A stretch of 64,000 bases of DNA from an uncultured delta proteobacterium (GTDB lineage Bacteria > Myxococcota_A > Polyangia > Polyangiales > Houyiibacteriaceae). Location: the NCBI GenBank assembly GCA_963699755.1, contig CAVOVB010000002.1, positions 838,956 through 902,955 of the forward strand, in the 5' to 3' direction. A program made the position numbers and the translations under genes. Below, one piece after another: positions 9,860 to 19,727 of this stretch (the first letter of the stretch is position 1; each line of letters opens with the position of its first letter). The notes under the pieces were generated by a model, which worked only from the letters and a program-made list of their open reading frames with translations, ran no database searches and was not told the DNA's origin.

Positions 9860-10388
9860 CTGGGGAATCCGGTTTCAGGGATCGGTCTACCGCGCACACA
9901 ATCCCGAATGGGCGTGGGATCCACTGTCAGGTGCGGGCGCCAAGCTCCACGGGGGTCGCTTCAACCGTCGAGGGCGTGCTGCGCTCTACACATCACTCGA
10001 CGTGCTGGTCGCCGTGCGGGAGGTGAGCCCCCTCGGTGCGCCCTTTCATCCTCTGACCTTGTGCCAGTATCGGGTCGAGTGCGAAAACGTCTTCGATACC
10101 CGAGACCCCAAAGCAATGAAACGCGAGAAGGTTTCCGAGGATCAGCTCGAGTGTCCGTTCTGGAATCAGGAGATGCTCGAAGGGCAGGTCCCGGCATCGC
10201 ATCGACTCGCCGAACGCCTCATCGAAAGAGGCTATGCCGCCATGATCGTCCGTAGCTTTGCGGACGGCGTCGGTCCTGAGGATATGAATCTGGTTCTCTG
10301 GAAGTGGACGAAGCGGCGGCCCCACAGGATCATCCTCTTCGATCCCGATCGTAGGCTTCCGAAGGATGGCTCCTCGTGGAGGAAGTAG
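9846..10388 (+). CDS. RES-domain toxin
   Basis: YRAHNP.WAWDPLSGAGA..GGRFN..ALYTS. Confidence 0.9.
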   Translation: MATHSWGIRFQGSVYRAHNPEWAWDPLSGAGAKLHGGRFNRRGRAALYTSLDVLVAVREVSPLGAPFHPLTLCQYRVECENVFDTRDPKAMKREKVSEDQLECPFWNQEMLEGQVPASHRLAERLIERGYAAMIVRSFADGVGPEDMNLVLWKWTKRRPHRIILFDPDRRLPKDGSSWRK

Positions 10389-10567
10389 GGGTTATTGGCG
10401 GGCTTGTCTGGCACTTGGAAGACGACTGCGGCCGCGGTCGTGGCGGAGAAGCGTCGGGGCCCGCGGGAATGCCCCTCTTGCAGAGCTCGATTTGGATAGG
10501 GCTAGGCATCGCCTCCAGTTCGGGGGGGACGAAGCCGATCTTTCGTTCTACTCTCCGCGGGGAGCTC

Positions 10568-11380
10568 ATGATGTTTCCCGCCCCAAGACCCTTGGCCGAG
10601 GACTTCGGTCGTACGGAAGTGACCATCGATGGCGCCACCAAACCCGTTTGGCGAAGTGGCAACGGTCCCGGCGTGGTCATCATGCACGAGGTGCCAGGCA
10701 TTACGCCTGAGGTGGCGCGGTTCGCCCGGATCGTGCGCGACCGCGGGTTCACCGTGTTCTTGCCGGAGATGTTTGGGACGGTCGATAAGCCGGTGAGCGG
10801 TGGGTACGCGATCGCTTCGATGCTTCACTGCTGCATCTCGCATGAGTTCCACGTTCTCGCGGCAGGCGGGTCTAGTCCCATTACCGACTGGCTCCGCAAG
10901 CTCTGTCATCAAGTGCATGAGGAGCTCGGTGGACCTGGGGTCGGTGCCCTCGGCATGTGCATGACCGGCAATTTCGCTCTTGCGCTGATGGTTGACCCTT
11001 CCGTTATGGCTCCCGTGTTGTCTCAGCCCTCGCTGCCTTTTCCGTTTGGAAAGAAGCGCAGCCGTGCGATTCACGTTTCACCCGAGCAGCTTGAGGCGAT
11101 CAAGCGACGCGTGCGCGAAGAGAATGTCAAGGTGCTGGGTCTTCGGTTCACGGCCGATCGAGTCTGCACCCGCGCTCGTTTCGAGACGCTTCGCCGGGAG
11201 CTCGGCGAGGGATTCGAGGCAATCGAGATCGATTCCGGACCAGGCAATCCCTGGGGAATCAAGCAAATCGCGCACAGCGTCCTCACCGAAGAGCTCGTCG
11301 ATGACGATGGGCATCCAACGAAGCAGGCGCTCGATCGCGTGCTCGGATTCTTCGAAGAGCGGCTCAGAGCGTCTGGCTAG
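10568..11380 (+). CDS. Dienelactone hydrolase family protein
   Basis: MHEVPG; GMCMTG nucleophile elbow; AHSVLT. Confidence 0.85.
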   Translation: MMFPAPRPLAEDFGRTEVTIDGATKPVWRSGNGPGVVIMHEVPGITPEVARFARIVRDRGFTVFLPEMFGTVDKPVSGGYAIASMLHCCISHEFHVLAAGGSSPITDWLRKLCHQVHEELGGPGVGALGMCMTGNFALALMVDPSVMAPVLSQPSLPFPFGKKRSRAIHVSPEQLEAIKRRVREENVKVLGLRFTADRVCTRARFETLRRELGEGFEAIEIDSGPGNPWGIKQIAHSVLTEELVDDDGHPTKQALDRVLGFFEERLRASG

Positions 11381-11429
11381 CCAATATCGTCGCGTTGCGA
11401 TGTGAGAAGATTCGGGACTAGCCCGCATC

Positions 11430-11692
11430 GTCGTGTCGGGATTGTGCCCACTGTAAGCCAGGCGTACGGCACGATTCTCGGGGTCTTCGCCTCGGACCGC
11501 CTCGACTGCATCGGCCACTTCCCTCACAAGCAAGGGAACGACGAAGTCCCCGGCTGGGTCCGCTCCGGCGCGAACTTCGATCTGAAACGCTTCGAGCTTC
11601 TTTGGGAGCGCGTCGCCAATTTCGTCGCGGCGCAGAGGCAGGCAACGGTCACCGAGGAGGCATCGCCTCGTCCCGAGTCTCCCGCGGCTTGA
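11430..11692 (+). pseudogene. C-terminal fragment of a lipase-like alpha/beta hydrolase
   Basis: GIVPTVSQ..SDRLDCIGHF resembles DGIVP..DHLD; N-terminus absent. Confidence 0.45.
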
Positions 11693-11809
11693 GAGCTAGC
11701 TGCTCCACAGCTTGTCCGAAGGCGGTGCCGATCTTTTGATTGGTCCAATGCGCTTCGCGTGTAGCACGACAATGCCGTTCGCGACGTCGGACCGGCGCCC
11801 GCTCGCGGG

Positions 11810-12056
11810 TACGAGCACGCTCTTCTCCGGCCTCAGAGGCACCGGCAAGACCATGGCCGCCAAGGTGATCGGACGGACGCTCGAATTGGACGTCTATCGA
11901 ACGAATCTCCCGGAGGTGGTCTCGAAGTGGGTTGGGGAGACCGAGAAGAACCTCTCGCGAATGTTCGCCCACGCGCAGCATAGCAAGGCGCTCTTGCTCT
12001 TTGACGAGGCTGACGCGCTCCTCGGGAAGTGCACATGAGTCTCTGACGCGTACGAC
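11810..12056 (+). pseudogene. AAA+ ATPase internal fragment
   Basis: GTGKTMAA..VVSKWVGETEKNL..LLFDEADAL, then a stop. Confidence 0.8.
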
Positions 12057-12155
12057 CCCCTCGAAACGCGCAGACTCACGAAAGAGGCTGAGCATGAATG
12101 GCCACGCGGCCCTCCGTACCTGTGCCCATATCGGATCGTCGTTGGGCTCGAACAC
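12057..12155 (-). pseudogene. Contractile tail-sheath C-terminal fragment
   Basis: VFEPNDDPIWAQVR..FM..LFR..FEG. Confidence 0.55.
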
Positions 12156-12164
12156 CGCCCCCGC

Positions 12165-12349
12165 GCACCAAGAAGCACACCATCTACGTCATCAACACCA
12201 CCGATAACGGCAAGAGCTACTGGAACCGCGCGGGGGTCGCCTTCGGGAACAGGGACGGGAGCTTCACGTTCAAGCTCGACATCTTTCCTCAGACGAAGTT
12301 CCAGCTTCGCGAAGAACAGCCCGCTACGAAAGCGGAGGCCGCCGAGTAG
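12165..12349 (+). pseudogene. 63-aa small protein, copy 3 (RBS and ATG lost)
   Basis: TKKHTIYVI..KSYWNRAGVAF intact; the start is replaced by the sheath fragment. Confidence 0.75.
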
Positions 12350-12606
12350 CGCCCTGCCCGCGGCAACCAGGGCGCCCTGCCCTGGTTGCTTGCTCACACG
12401 CATAGAAACCGAGGCGCACGTCCTGCGCGGTTTTCGGCCGACCGGTGAAAAGTCCAATCGTTCTCAGGAGCCGTCTCGTCGATGGAGGCGCAACCTTTGC
12501 GTACGCGAAATAGCTAAAGAATTACGTATAGCCACAGGTCCTACGGCGACCCAAGTCGCATTGTGTGACCGGCCCGAGCCGGCCGGGTGCAAGCGGGGAG
12601 GTTGTG

Positions 12607-15243
12607 ATGCGCTACTTATTCGGATTCCTATGTGTCTGCGCGCTCGGAGTGATGCCCTTGGCTGGGTGTACTGAGAGCAAACAAGAGCCGGACCTCGAGT
12701 GGCCGCCGAACGCGACGGTGTACTTCGATCAGTACGGCATCCTGAGCGCCGACTGCGCGACCGACGAAGACTGCGCGATGGTGATCGGCTACTACCACGC
12801 CGCGGATCGGTTCGTGCAGATGGATTTCCGGCGGCGATTTGCCACGGGTCGGCTGACCGACATCATGGACAAGGCCGTCGCGCAGGTTTTCGGCGTCGCC
12901 GAGATTGCCGCCCAGAGCCGTGCTCTCTTTTCGACGCGTGATGGGCAGCCGGTAGAGGAGTTTGTCCTCTCGCGAGCATCGGACAAGACCATCGCGATGC
13001 TGGAGGCATACAGCGCGGGGGTCAATCAGTGGATTGACGACGTGCGCGACGGAAACAATGGAGCCGTTTTCCCCCGCGAGTTCGATGCCCCGTTATTCGT
13101 CTACGGCCCGGACGACATCCCCGAGTGGACCCCGCAAGACAGCATCGCTGCAGTACTGGCCGCCATTGACCGAGAGTCCAACTTGGAGGACTACGAAGCG
13201 CTGGCGGGGGCCGCACGCGAGGCGATTCAGGACGACGATCGGTTCTTCGATCTATGGGCTACCCGTCCGCTCCCATCATCGATTCTTCCTCCGGGCTGGA
13301 TGCCGGGAGCTTCTCAAGAGTCTTCTGCAAAGGCGCCGCCAATCACCAAGCAAGAGCCCCAAAGTAACTCTCTTCATGCGGGTCGAGCGCTTCAGCGTCT
13401 CCACGACCGCCTGGCGCAAACGGAAGAGCTCTTCGGATCGATTCTCGGCACCGGTCTTGAGGGCGGCTCCAACAACTGGGCGATTGCTCCCTCACGGAGT
13501 GGGACGGGGAACGCTCTATTCGCTGCGGACGGGCATCTCAGGTTGAGCCAGCCCACCGAATGGTATTTCGCGCATCTCGATGCAAGAACGCACGGAAGCG
13601 GACAGCTCCACGTAGTTGGAGGGACCTCGGCGGCTTTACCATGGGTCATCTATGGTCAGAACGAGGACATCGCATGGGGATCGACGAGAACCTTTCTTGA
13701 TATGAGCGATCTCTACATCGAGGAGCTCGCCACGGATGCGGAAGGCGCTCCAATCGGTGTGCGGTTCGAGAACGAGACGGTGCCGTTCACGCGGGTATCC
13801 TTCACTGTGACATTCAATGATGGAAGCACCGAAGAGCACGAGCTCCTCTTCGTCCCCCACCATGGGCCCGTGCGCGAGATCGACCTGGCCAACGGTGTCG
13901 CCGTCACACTTCGTTGGACGGGAAGTGATACCGATACGGACATCGAGTATCTGGGGGCGTTGAATGCAGCGGAAAGCGTGTTGGAAGCCCGAACCGCACT
14001 TGAGAACTCTACGACGCGAGGAGCCAATTTTGTGGTCATCGACACCGAGGGCAACATTGGCTGGTTTCCCTACAACCGCGTCCCCAAACGTACCTGGGCA
14101 ACGGATCTCCTCGGTGAAGCCCATCCCATGCTGCCGCTCGACGGCCGCTGCGAGACTCCAGAGCGCTGCTACGAATGGACCGAGTACTTCGCTTACGATG
14201 ACCTTCCGCAAGCCTTGAATCCGAGCGAGGGCTTCATCGCCACGGCCAACAACGATATGACGGGGCACCTATTCGATGGTGACCCGACCAACGACGGCTA
14301 TCCACCCTTGCAGACCGTACTCCCTATCCTTGGTGCTCGCCACACTCGTATCGTAAGCCTGATCCAAGAGCTCGGCTCAGAGCAGACTGCAGAAACGATG
14401 CATCAAATTCAGCATGACACCTATTCGCTGCTCGCCGAGCGCATGCTGCCAAGCTTCATCGAAATCGCGGAGTCCGACATGACGACGTTGACAGAAGCGG
14501 GACAGAAGGTCCTGAACGCCCTCAAGTCGTGGGAATCGCTCACCTGCCCGACGGGTGTCGATGGCTACTACATGGACTCTCCGCTCACGGACGATTCCCG
14601 GGAGCTTCTCGAGTCGTCTGGTTGTGCCGCATTTCACGCCGTCTACTACAAGTGCGATCTGGCGCCGAGGAATCAACCCACGTTCTACCGCTGGCTGTAC
14701 TTCTACTCCGTGTATGATCCGAGCCGACTGCGTAGAGGGGATGTATATTGGGATGATCCCGGCACTCCGGAAGAGGAGACGAAGTATCAAGTGATCGAGG
14801 AGTGCTTCGACCAGGCAGGGCGCTTGCTCATCGACGACCTCGGCCTAGGGAACGACGAGACGAAGTGGGTGTGGGGGCGCTTGCATGGGCTTGTTCTGAC
14901 CTCCGATCTCGATGCCTTTCTTCAACCGCAGTACAACAACCCGCCTCCCGGCGGCACGCTCTTTGCGAACTCGGGTGGAGCTCTGACCATCAGCCCAACC
15001 AATCCTTCGTTAGGCTCATCTGGTTTCGTTCAGCGAAATGGCTCCGTGCAGCGCCTGATCTGCGAGGCGCTGCCGACAGGTCCGAGCTGCACCGTCGAGG
15101 TGCCAGGGGGGCAGTCCGGCCACATCACCTCGGAACACTACGACGATCTGCTGTTCAAGTACCTCGATGGTGAGCCGATCGACCTGCCCTTTGACATCGA
15201 CGAGGCGAAGGCCAACGCGGTGAGGACGGTCACCTTCGAGTAG
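12607..15243 (+). CDS. Penicillin acylase family (Ntn hydrolase) lipoprotein with MRYLFGF leader
   Basis: GYYHAADRFVQMD; GSNNWAI; ATANND; PGGQSG. Confidence 0.92.
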   Translation: MRYLFGFLCVCALGVMPLAGCTESKQEPDLEWPPNATVYFDQYGILSADCATDEDCAMVIGYYHAADRFVQMDFRRRFATGRLTDIMDKAVAQVFGVAEIAAQSRALFSTRDGQPVEEFVLSRASDKTIAMLEAYSAGVNQWIDDVRDGNNGAVFPREFDAPLFVYGPDDIPEWTPQDSIAAVLAAIDRESNLEDYEALAGAAREAIQDDDRFFDLWATRPLPSSILPPGWMPGASQESSAKAPPITKQEPQSNSLHAGRALQRLHDRLAQTEELFGSILGTGLEGGSNNWAIAPSRSGTGNALFAADGHLRLSQPTEWYFAHLDARTHGSGQLHVVGGTSAALPWVIYGQNEDIAWGSTRTFLDMSDLYIEELATDAEGAPIGVRFENETVPFTRVSFTVTFNDGSTEEHELLFVPHHGPVREIDLANGVAVTLRWTGSDTDTDIEYLGALNAAESVLEARTALENSTTRGANFVVIDTEGNIGWFPYNRVPKRTWATDLLGEAHPMLPLDGRCETPERCYEWTEYFAYDDLPQALNPSEGFIATANNDMTGHLFDGDPTNDGYPPLQTVLPILGARHTRIVSLIQELGSEQTAETMHQIQHDTYSLLAERMLPSFIEIAESDMTTLTEAGQKVLNALKSWESLTCPTGVDGYYMDSPLTDDSRELLESSGCAAFHAVYYKCDLAPRNQPTFYRWLYFYSVYDPSRLRRGDVYWDDPGTPEEETKYQVIEECFDQAGRLLIDDLGLGNDETKWVWGRLHGLVLTSDLDAFLQPQYNNPPPGGTLFANSGGALTISPTNPSLGSSGFVQRNGSVQRLICEALPTGPSCTVEVPGGQSGHITSEHYDDLLFKYLDGEPIDLPFDIDEAKANAVRTVTFE

Positions 15244-15435
15244 AAGGAGGACTGCGATGGAGTCGCATCCAGAGGGCACGATGTGCGACCTCGGATCGTT
15301 TGAGCGCCAAACCGACGAGCCCTAGCGCTGGAGCGTAGCCCACGGCAACCACGGCACCCTGCCCTGGTTGTCTGCCAGGGCCGAAGAGCCCCTTGACCCT
15401 TCTCCCAAGATCTTCGCTCTGGTACGATCGAGCCC

Positions 15436-15645
15436 ATGGATCTGTCGGACTGGGTCGAAGAAGCGGAATCGATCCTGCGATTGGACGGCTTATGGCCGGA
15501 ACAGGATGAAGAGCGAGCTCGAGGCGTTCTCGAGGAAGCGGCATTGCAGGGTCCCGCGGCCGTTACTCAGGCGATCTACGTGCTTCGGCGAGAGCTGAGG
15601 GAACGAGGCCGAGGCGTTCGCGATCAAAGCGTCCCCTGCAGATAG
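15436..15645 (+). CDS. ~70-aa hypothetical protein, copy 2
   Basis: Paralogue of 9222-9437. Confidence 0.65.
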   Translation: MDLSDWVEEAESILRLDGLWPEQDEERARGVLEEAALQGPAAVTQAIYVLRRELRERGRGVRDQSVPCR

Positions 15646-15803
15646 TAAATTCAAACGCCCTTTCGGCTTCGTGCGCCAGGCGACATAACGTCTAGTACCG
15701 CATCCCGACAGGCTAAGAGAGTTGGTGAAGGGCAAAACGGCAGCTCTCCGGGGACTTGCGCACCAGCAGGCTAGATTTGCCCAAGTGAAAGTAAATCTCT
15801 ACA

Positions 15804-16634
15804 TCAGTCACCGGCGAAAGGCGGGTCACCGGGCGCGCGGTACTTGTCCAAGGGACTGCGCACGGCGTCACTGCCATAGTACCAACCGTTTCCATCGAGC
15901 TCTTCGAAGAGAAGGTGCATGGCGGAGCGCGTGCCCTCTTCTGGTGACTTCATCCCGAGGTCGGCGGGCGACTTGCCAGAGGACTCGGCGTAGGGCCGGG
16001 TCAGGTCTGTCTCAATAAACCCGGGCGTACATGCGTTGATGCGCAGCGAAGGGTGATTCTGCGCAAGGCACATGGTGAGGCTATTGGCGCAAGCCTTGGA
16101 GAGTCCATAGGCGTCTGCCTCGTCGCCGGCTTTGACTGCGGCGCTCATGAGCGCGTCGATGGCGCCCCACTCCACCTTCGGGTCCACAAAGAACCTTTGT
16201 TTGTCCTGATCACATTTGGCCACGTACATGGGCCCGGAAGCGGATGTGATGTTCACCATGCGCCCCGAGCTTTTGTCGAGCAAAGACAGGAAGGAGTCGC
16301 TCACGCGTTTGATGCCGCGCACATTCACATTGAGTACGGTCTCAAGCGCGTCCGAACCGAGCCCAATGCCCGCGTTGTTGACGATGCCGTAGAGCGACTC
16401 CCCATTCACCGCTGCCTTTACTTGCTCCGCCGCTGCCGCCACGGAGTCGTCGCTTGCCACATCGAGCGCCACCACCTGCACTCGGTCGGAAGCGATGGTC
16501 TCACAAGCCTTCTTGCCGCGTTCCGCATCGCGAGACCCCAGAAAAACGAAGGTATCATCGTGATTTCTTAAAATGGCCTGCACAATGGCGAGGCCGATTC
16601 CTTTGTTTGCTCCGGTTACCAAAATCCTTCGCAT
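15804..16634 (-). CDS. SDR family oxidoreductase (carbonyl reductase-like)
   Basis: TGANKGIG, NNAG, YGLSK. Confidence 0.92.
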   Translation of the reverse strand: MRRILVTGANKGIGLAIVQAILRNHDDTFVFLGSRDAERGKKACETIASDRVQVVALDVASDDSVAAAAEQVKAAVNGESLYGIVNNAGIGLGSDALETVLNVNVRGIKRVSDSFLSLLDKSSGRMVNITSASGPMYVAKCDQDKQRFFVDPKVEWGAIDALMSAAVKAGDEADAYGLSKACANSLTMCLAQNHPSLRINACTPGFIETDLTRPYAESSGKSPADLGMKSPEEGTRSAMHLLFEELDGNGWYYGSDAVRSPLDKYRAPGDPPFAGD

Positions 16635-16912
16635 ATCATCCTCCTGGAGTCAGAGGGGTACGAACTCCTCGAGCGAACCGCAAGGCCATGCACAAGATCC
16701 GGATCTTATTTCGCAACGGTCTTGCGAGCCGCGTCCAGATACGGGCGGCACCACGTGCGATGTCGGCGCGTTCGAGCGGCAGTCGGACGACCCCTAGCGC
16801 TAGCGCGCAGCGCACGGTCAACCAGGGCGCCCTGCCCTGGTTGTCTGCCAGGCCCCGTCGAAGAGCTTCTTGGCTCGTCTCCCAAGATCTTCGCTCTGAT
16901 ATGATCGTACTC

Positions 16913-17143
16913 ATGGATCTGGCGGACTGGGTCGAAGAAGCGGAGTCGCTCCTACGAAGGGACGGCCTACGGCCCGAAGAGGATGAAGAGCGAGCTCGAG
17001 GCGTTCTCGAGGAAGCGGCATTGCAGGGCCCCGCGGCCGTCACCCAGGCGATCTACGCGCTGCGAAGGGAGCTTCGCGACGCAGATCGACGCGTCCGCGG
17101 CCAAAGTGCGGCTGCAGGGTGGAAAACATTTCGCTGGCCATAG
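16913..17143 (+). CDS. ~70-aa hypothetical protein, copy 3
   Basis: Closely similar to 15436-15645. Confidence 0.6.
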   Translation: MDLADWVEEAESLLRRDGLRPEEDEERARGVLEEAALQGPAAVTQAIYALRRELRDADRRVRGQSAAAGWKTFRWP

Positions 17144-17208
17144 ACAAGGGGGCATTGCGCGGAGAGGATCTCGAAGATCTTCTCGCCGACGGGATACCGC
17201 CTCCACTC

Positions 17209-18357
17209 ATGAACGACGCATTCCATTCCGAGTATCCATCGATCGAGCACCTCCGGGAAAAGGCCCGAAAGCGCATGCCGGGATTCGCGTTCGACTACCT
17301 CGAGAGCGGTTGCAATTCCGACATCAACCTCGCGCGCAACACCGCGGACATCCGCAAAGTGCAATTGCGCCCGTACTACATCGGCCACTATGCGGGATCG
17401 AGTCTTCGGACCGAGCTCTTCGGGGTGAGCTACGAGGCCCCCTTCGGCATCGCTCCGATCGGTTTGCAGGGGCTGATGTGGCCAAAGGCGTGCGAGATCC
17501 TCGCCAAGGCCGCCCATGAGCACAGGATCCCCTTCGTCCTGAGCACGGTGGGCACCGCCAGCATCGAGACGGTCGCCGAGCTCACGGAGGGACGCGCCTG
17601 GTTCCAGCTCTACCATCCCGCCGAGGACGAGCTGCGCGACAAGCTTCTCGAACGCGCCGCCGAGGCCGACATGCCGGTTCTCGTCATCCTCGCCGACACC
17701 CCGACCTTCGCCTATCGCCCGAGGGAGATCCGAAACGGGCTCTCCATCCCGCCCCAGATGAATCTCCGCAACGTCCTCCAGATGATGACCCATCCGACCT
17801 GGTCGTTCTCGCAGCTCTTGGCCGGGGCTCCGGAGTTCAAAACGATGCTCCCCTACCTTCCGAAGGGCCTGAGCATGAAACACCTCGGCCTCTTCATGAA
17901 CCAGACGTTTTCCGGCCGACTCAACGAGGACAAGATCAAAGCCATCCGCGACAAGTGGAAAGGCAAGCTGGTCGTGAAGGGCATCGTCACGGAAGAGGAT
18001 GCCGAAAAGGTTCTCGCGCTCGGAGCGGACGGCTTCATTTGTTCCAACCACGGTGGGCGCCAACTCGACGCCGGGCAATCCACGATCAAGCCGATGACCG
18101 AGCTCGCCAAGAAGTACGGGGACCGGACCACGGTGATGATGGACAGCGGCCTGCGTTCCGGGCCGGACGTGGCCTGCGCGTTGGCAAGCGGCGCGAAATT
18201 CACCTTCCTCGGCCGCTCCTTCATGTATGGGGTCGGCGCCCTTGGAAAAGATGGAGGCTTGCACACCATCACGATGATCAAGCGCCAGCTTCAGCAGGTC
18301 ATGGAGCAGTTGGGATGCGAACGCGTCGAGGACTTCCCCAAGCACCTCATTTCGTGA
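17209..18357 (+). CDS. FMN-dependent alpha-hydroxy acid dehydrogenase (L-lactate dehydrogenase-like)
   Basis: SNHGGRQLD, WFQLY, DSGLRSG. Confidence 0.93.
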   Translation: MNDAFHSEYPSIEHLREKARKRMPGFAFDYLESGCNSDINLARNTADIRKVQLRPYYIGHYAGSSLRTELFGVSYEAPFGIAPIGLQGLMWPKACEILAKAAHEHRIPFVLSTVGTASIETVAELTEGRAWFQLYHPAEDELRDKLLERAAEADMPVLVILADTPTFAYRPREIRNGLSIPPQMNLRNVLQMMTHPTWSFSQLLAGAPEFKTMLPYLPKGLSMKHLGLFMNQTFSGRLNEDKIKAIRDKWKGKLVVKGIVTEEDAEKVLALGADGFICSNHGGRQLDAGQSTIKPMTELAKKYGDRTTVMMDSGLRSGPDVACALASGAKFTFLGRSFMYGVGALGKDGGLHTITMIKRQLQQVMEQLGCERVEDFPKHLIS

Positions 18358-18443
18358 GCGGATAGGGTTCGGAGGAGGCTGGCGCCTGATTGTCGGCCCT
18401 CACGTACAAGGCGCATTGAACCCGGCGCGGGACATGCCCCCCT

Positions 18444-18884
18444 TCAGAACACGATTGCCACAGCGCTCGTGCCGGACCGGTCAAAGGAACGATTAACCTG
18501 CCCCGCCGACACGCCCAGGGCCACGCCGACAATCAGAGCAGCAACACCAAGGGAGACGCCCACTCCGATGGCCACTCGCCGCCTACGCTGCTGCGCCTCC
18601 TCACGCTCGAGCTCTTCGACTGTCGGTGGTGCAGTTGGCGTCACCTCCAGACTGGCAGAATCGACCTCCAGCTGTAGCTCTGGCTGAGGCGCAGACTTGG
18701 TGGGGTCCACGAAGGCTTCGGGATGCCAACGCTCGAGGCGCGATCGGGTCGGCTCAGCCGATTGCACTGGCTTCTCCGCATTGGGCTCGGCCGACTTGCC
18801 TTCCGCTTCCGCTTGCGCCCCAACGCTCAGAGGCGAAGCCGTCAGCCACGCGAGCACGCACATCGATCTGAATAGGTAAAGCAT
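18444..18884 (-). CDS. Exported protein of the MRYLxGF/SPLSVGAQ family with C-terminal TM
   Basis: Shares WHPEAFVDP and RRRR..IGVGVS with 5269-5745; preceded by inverted repeat B. Confidence 0.7.
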   Translation of the reverse strand: MLYLFRSMCVLAWLTASPLSVGAQAEAEGKSAEPNAEKPVQSAEPTRSRLERWHPEAFVDPTKSAPQPELQLEVDSASLEVTPTAPPTVEELEREEAQQRRRRVAIGVGVSLGVAALIVGVALGVSAGQVNRSFDRSGTSAVAIVF

Positions 18885-19536
18885 CACAATCCCTCCGATT
18901 GCGCCCGCCCGTATCGAGTCGGTCACATGAGGCAAGTTGGGTCGCCGGGCGGCGCCGAGCCATACGTAATTCTTTACTTGCCAAGCGATGGCCCGCGCAG
19001 CTTTTGCGTTTGGGGCGTGGGCGCGCAACGGGTGCGCGGTGCGGAGCTCGCCATCCTCGTCCAAGGCCGCGTGGAGATCGAGGGGGTGCGTCACATGCCT
19101 GGAGGTGAGCTACCCCATACGGTGCCACCGCTACCTGCAATACGCTTGACCCCGGCGGGAGGGGCACGACGATGTCGGAGCCGCCGTGGCCGTCGTCGAG
19201 AGAGGTGAAACGCTCGCCGTCAATAGATAGGGGGAGAGCCAGACTCGCTGCTTCGGACTCGACGGGTAACGGCGCGCTTCCATGGCTTTGTCCTTTTTGC
19301 CGTTTGCGGCGAAAAGGGCATCAGGAACGGCTCACGCTCTCAGTGGTGCAAGTTGCGTTCCTCCCAGATTCGTATGTCTTTCCATAGCGCGGAGCCGTTG
19401 CCGGATGCAGGATGCGCGTTCGCTCGTTGGTGTTGCACAAGTCCTGCGCGAATCGCGGAGACAAAAAGGATCAAACTAGACTTGTACGGGTGTCGGCTCC
19501 TGAGATCGGCTTGCTCCGTTCCCCTAGTCTCGCGGC

Positions 19537-19727
19537 ATGAGCACCAAGAAGCACACCGTCTACATCATCGAGACCAGCGACAAGCGCAAGAGTACCAAAA
19601 CCGCGCGCGGTCGGCTTCGAGACCAAGGACGCGAGCTTCGCGTTCAAGCTCGACGTCTTCCCATAGACCAAGTTCCAGCCTCGCGAGGAAAAGCCCGCCG
19701 TTCAAGAGGAGGTCCTTGCCGAGTCAC
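19537..19727 (+). pseudogene. 63-aa small protein, copy 4 (frameshifted)
   Basis: MSTKKHTVYII, then indels; followed by the hairpin at 19742. Confidence 0.75.

Noticed and set aside
11810..12155. Prophage or intact contractile injection system
   Set aside because: Only two short broken fragments; no other structural genes
4904..19727. Diversity-generating retroelement behind the repeated genes and tails
   Set aside because: No reverse transcriptase, and the differences between copies are not adenine-specific
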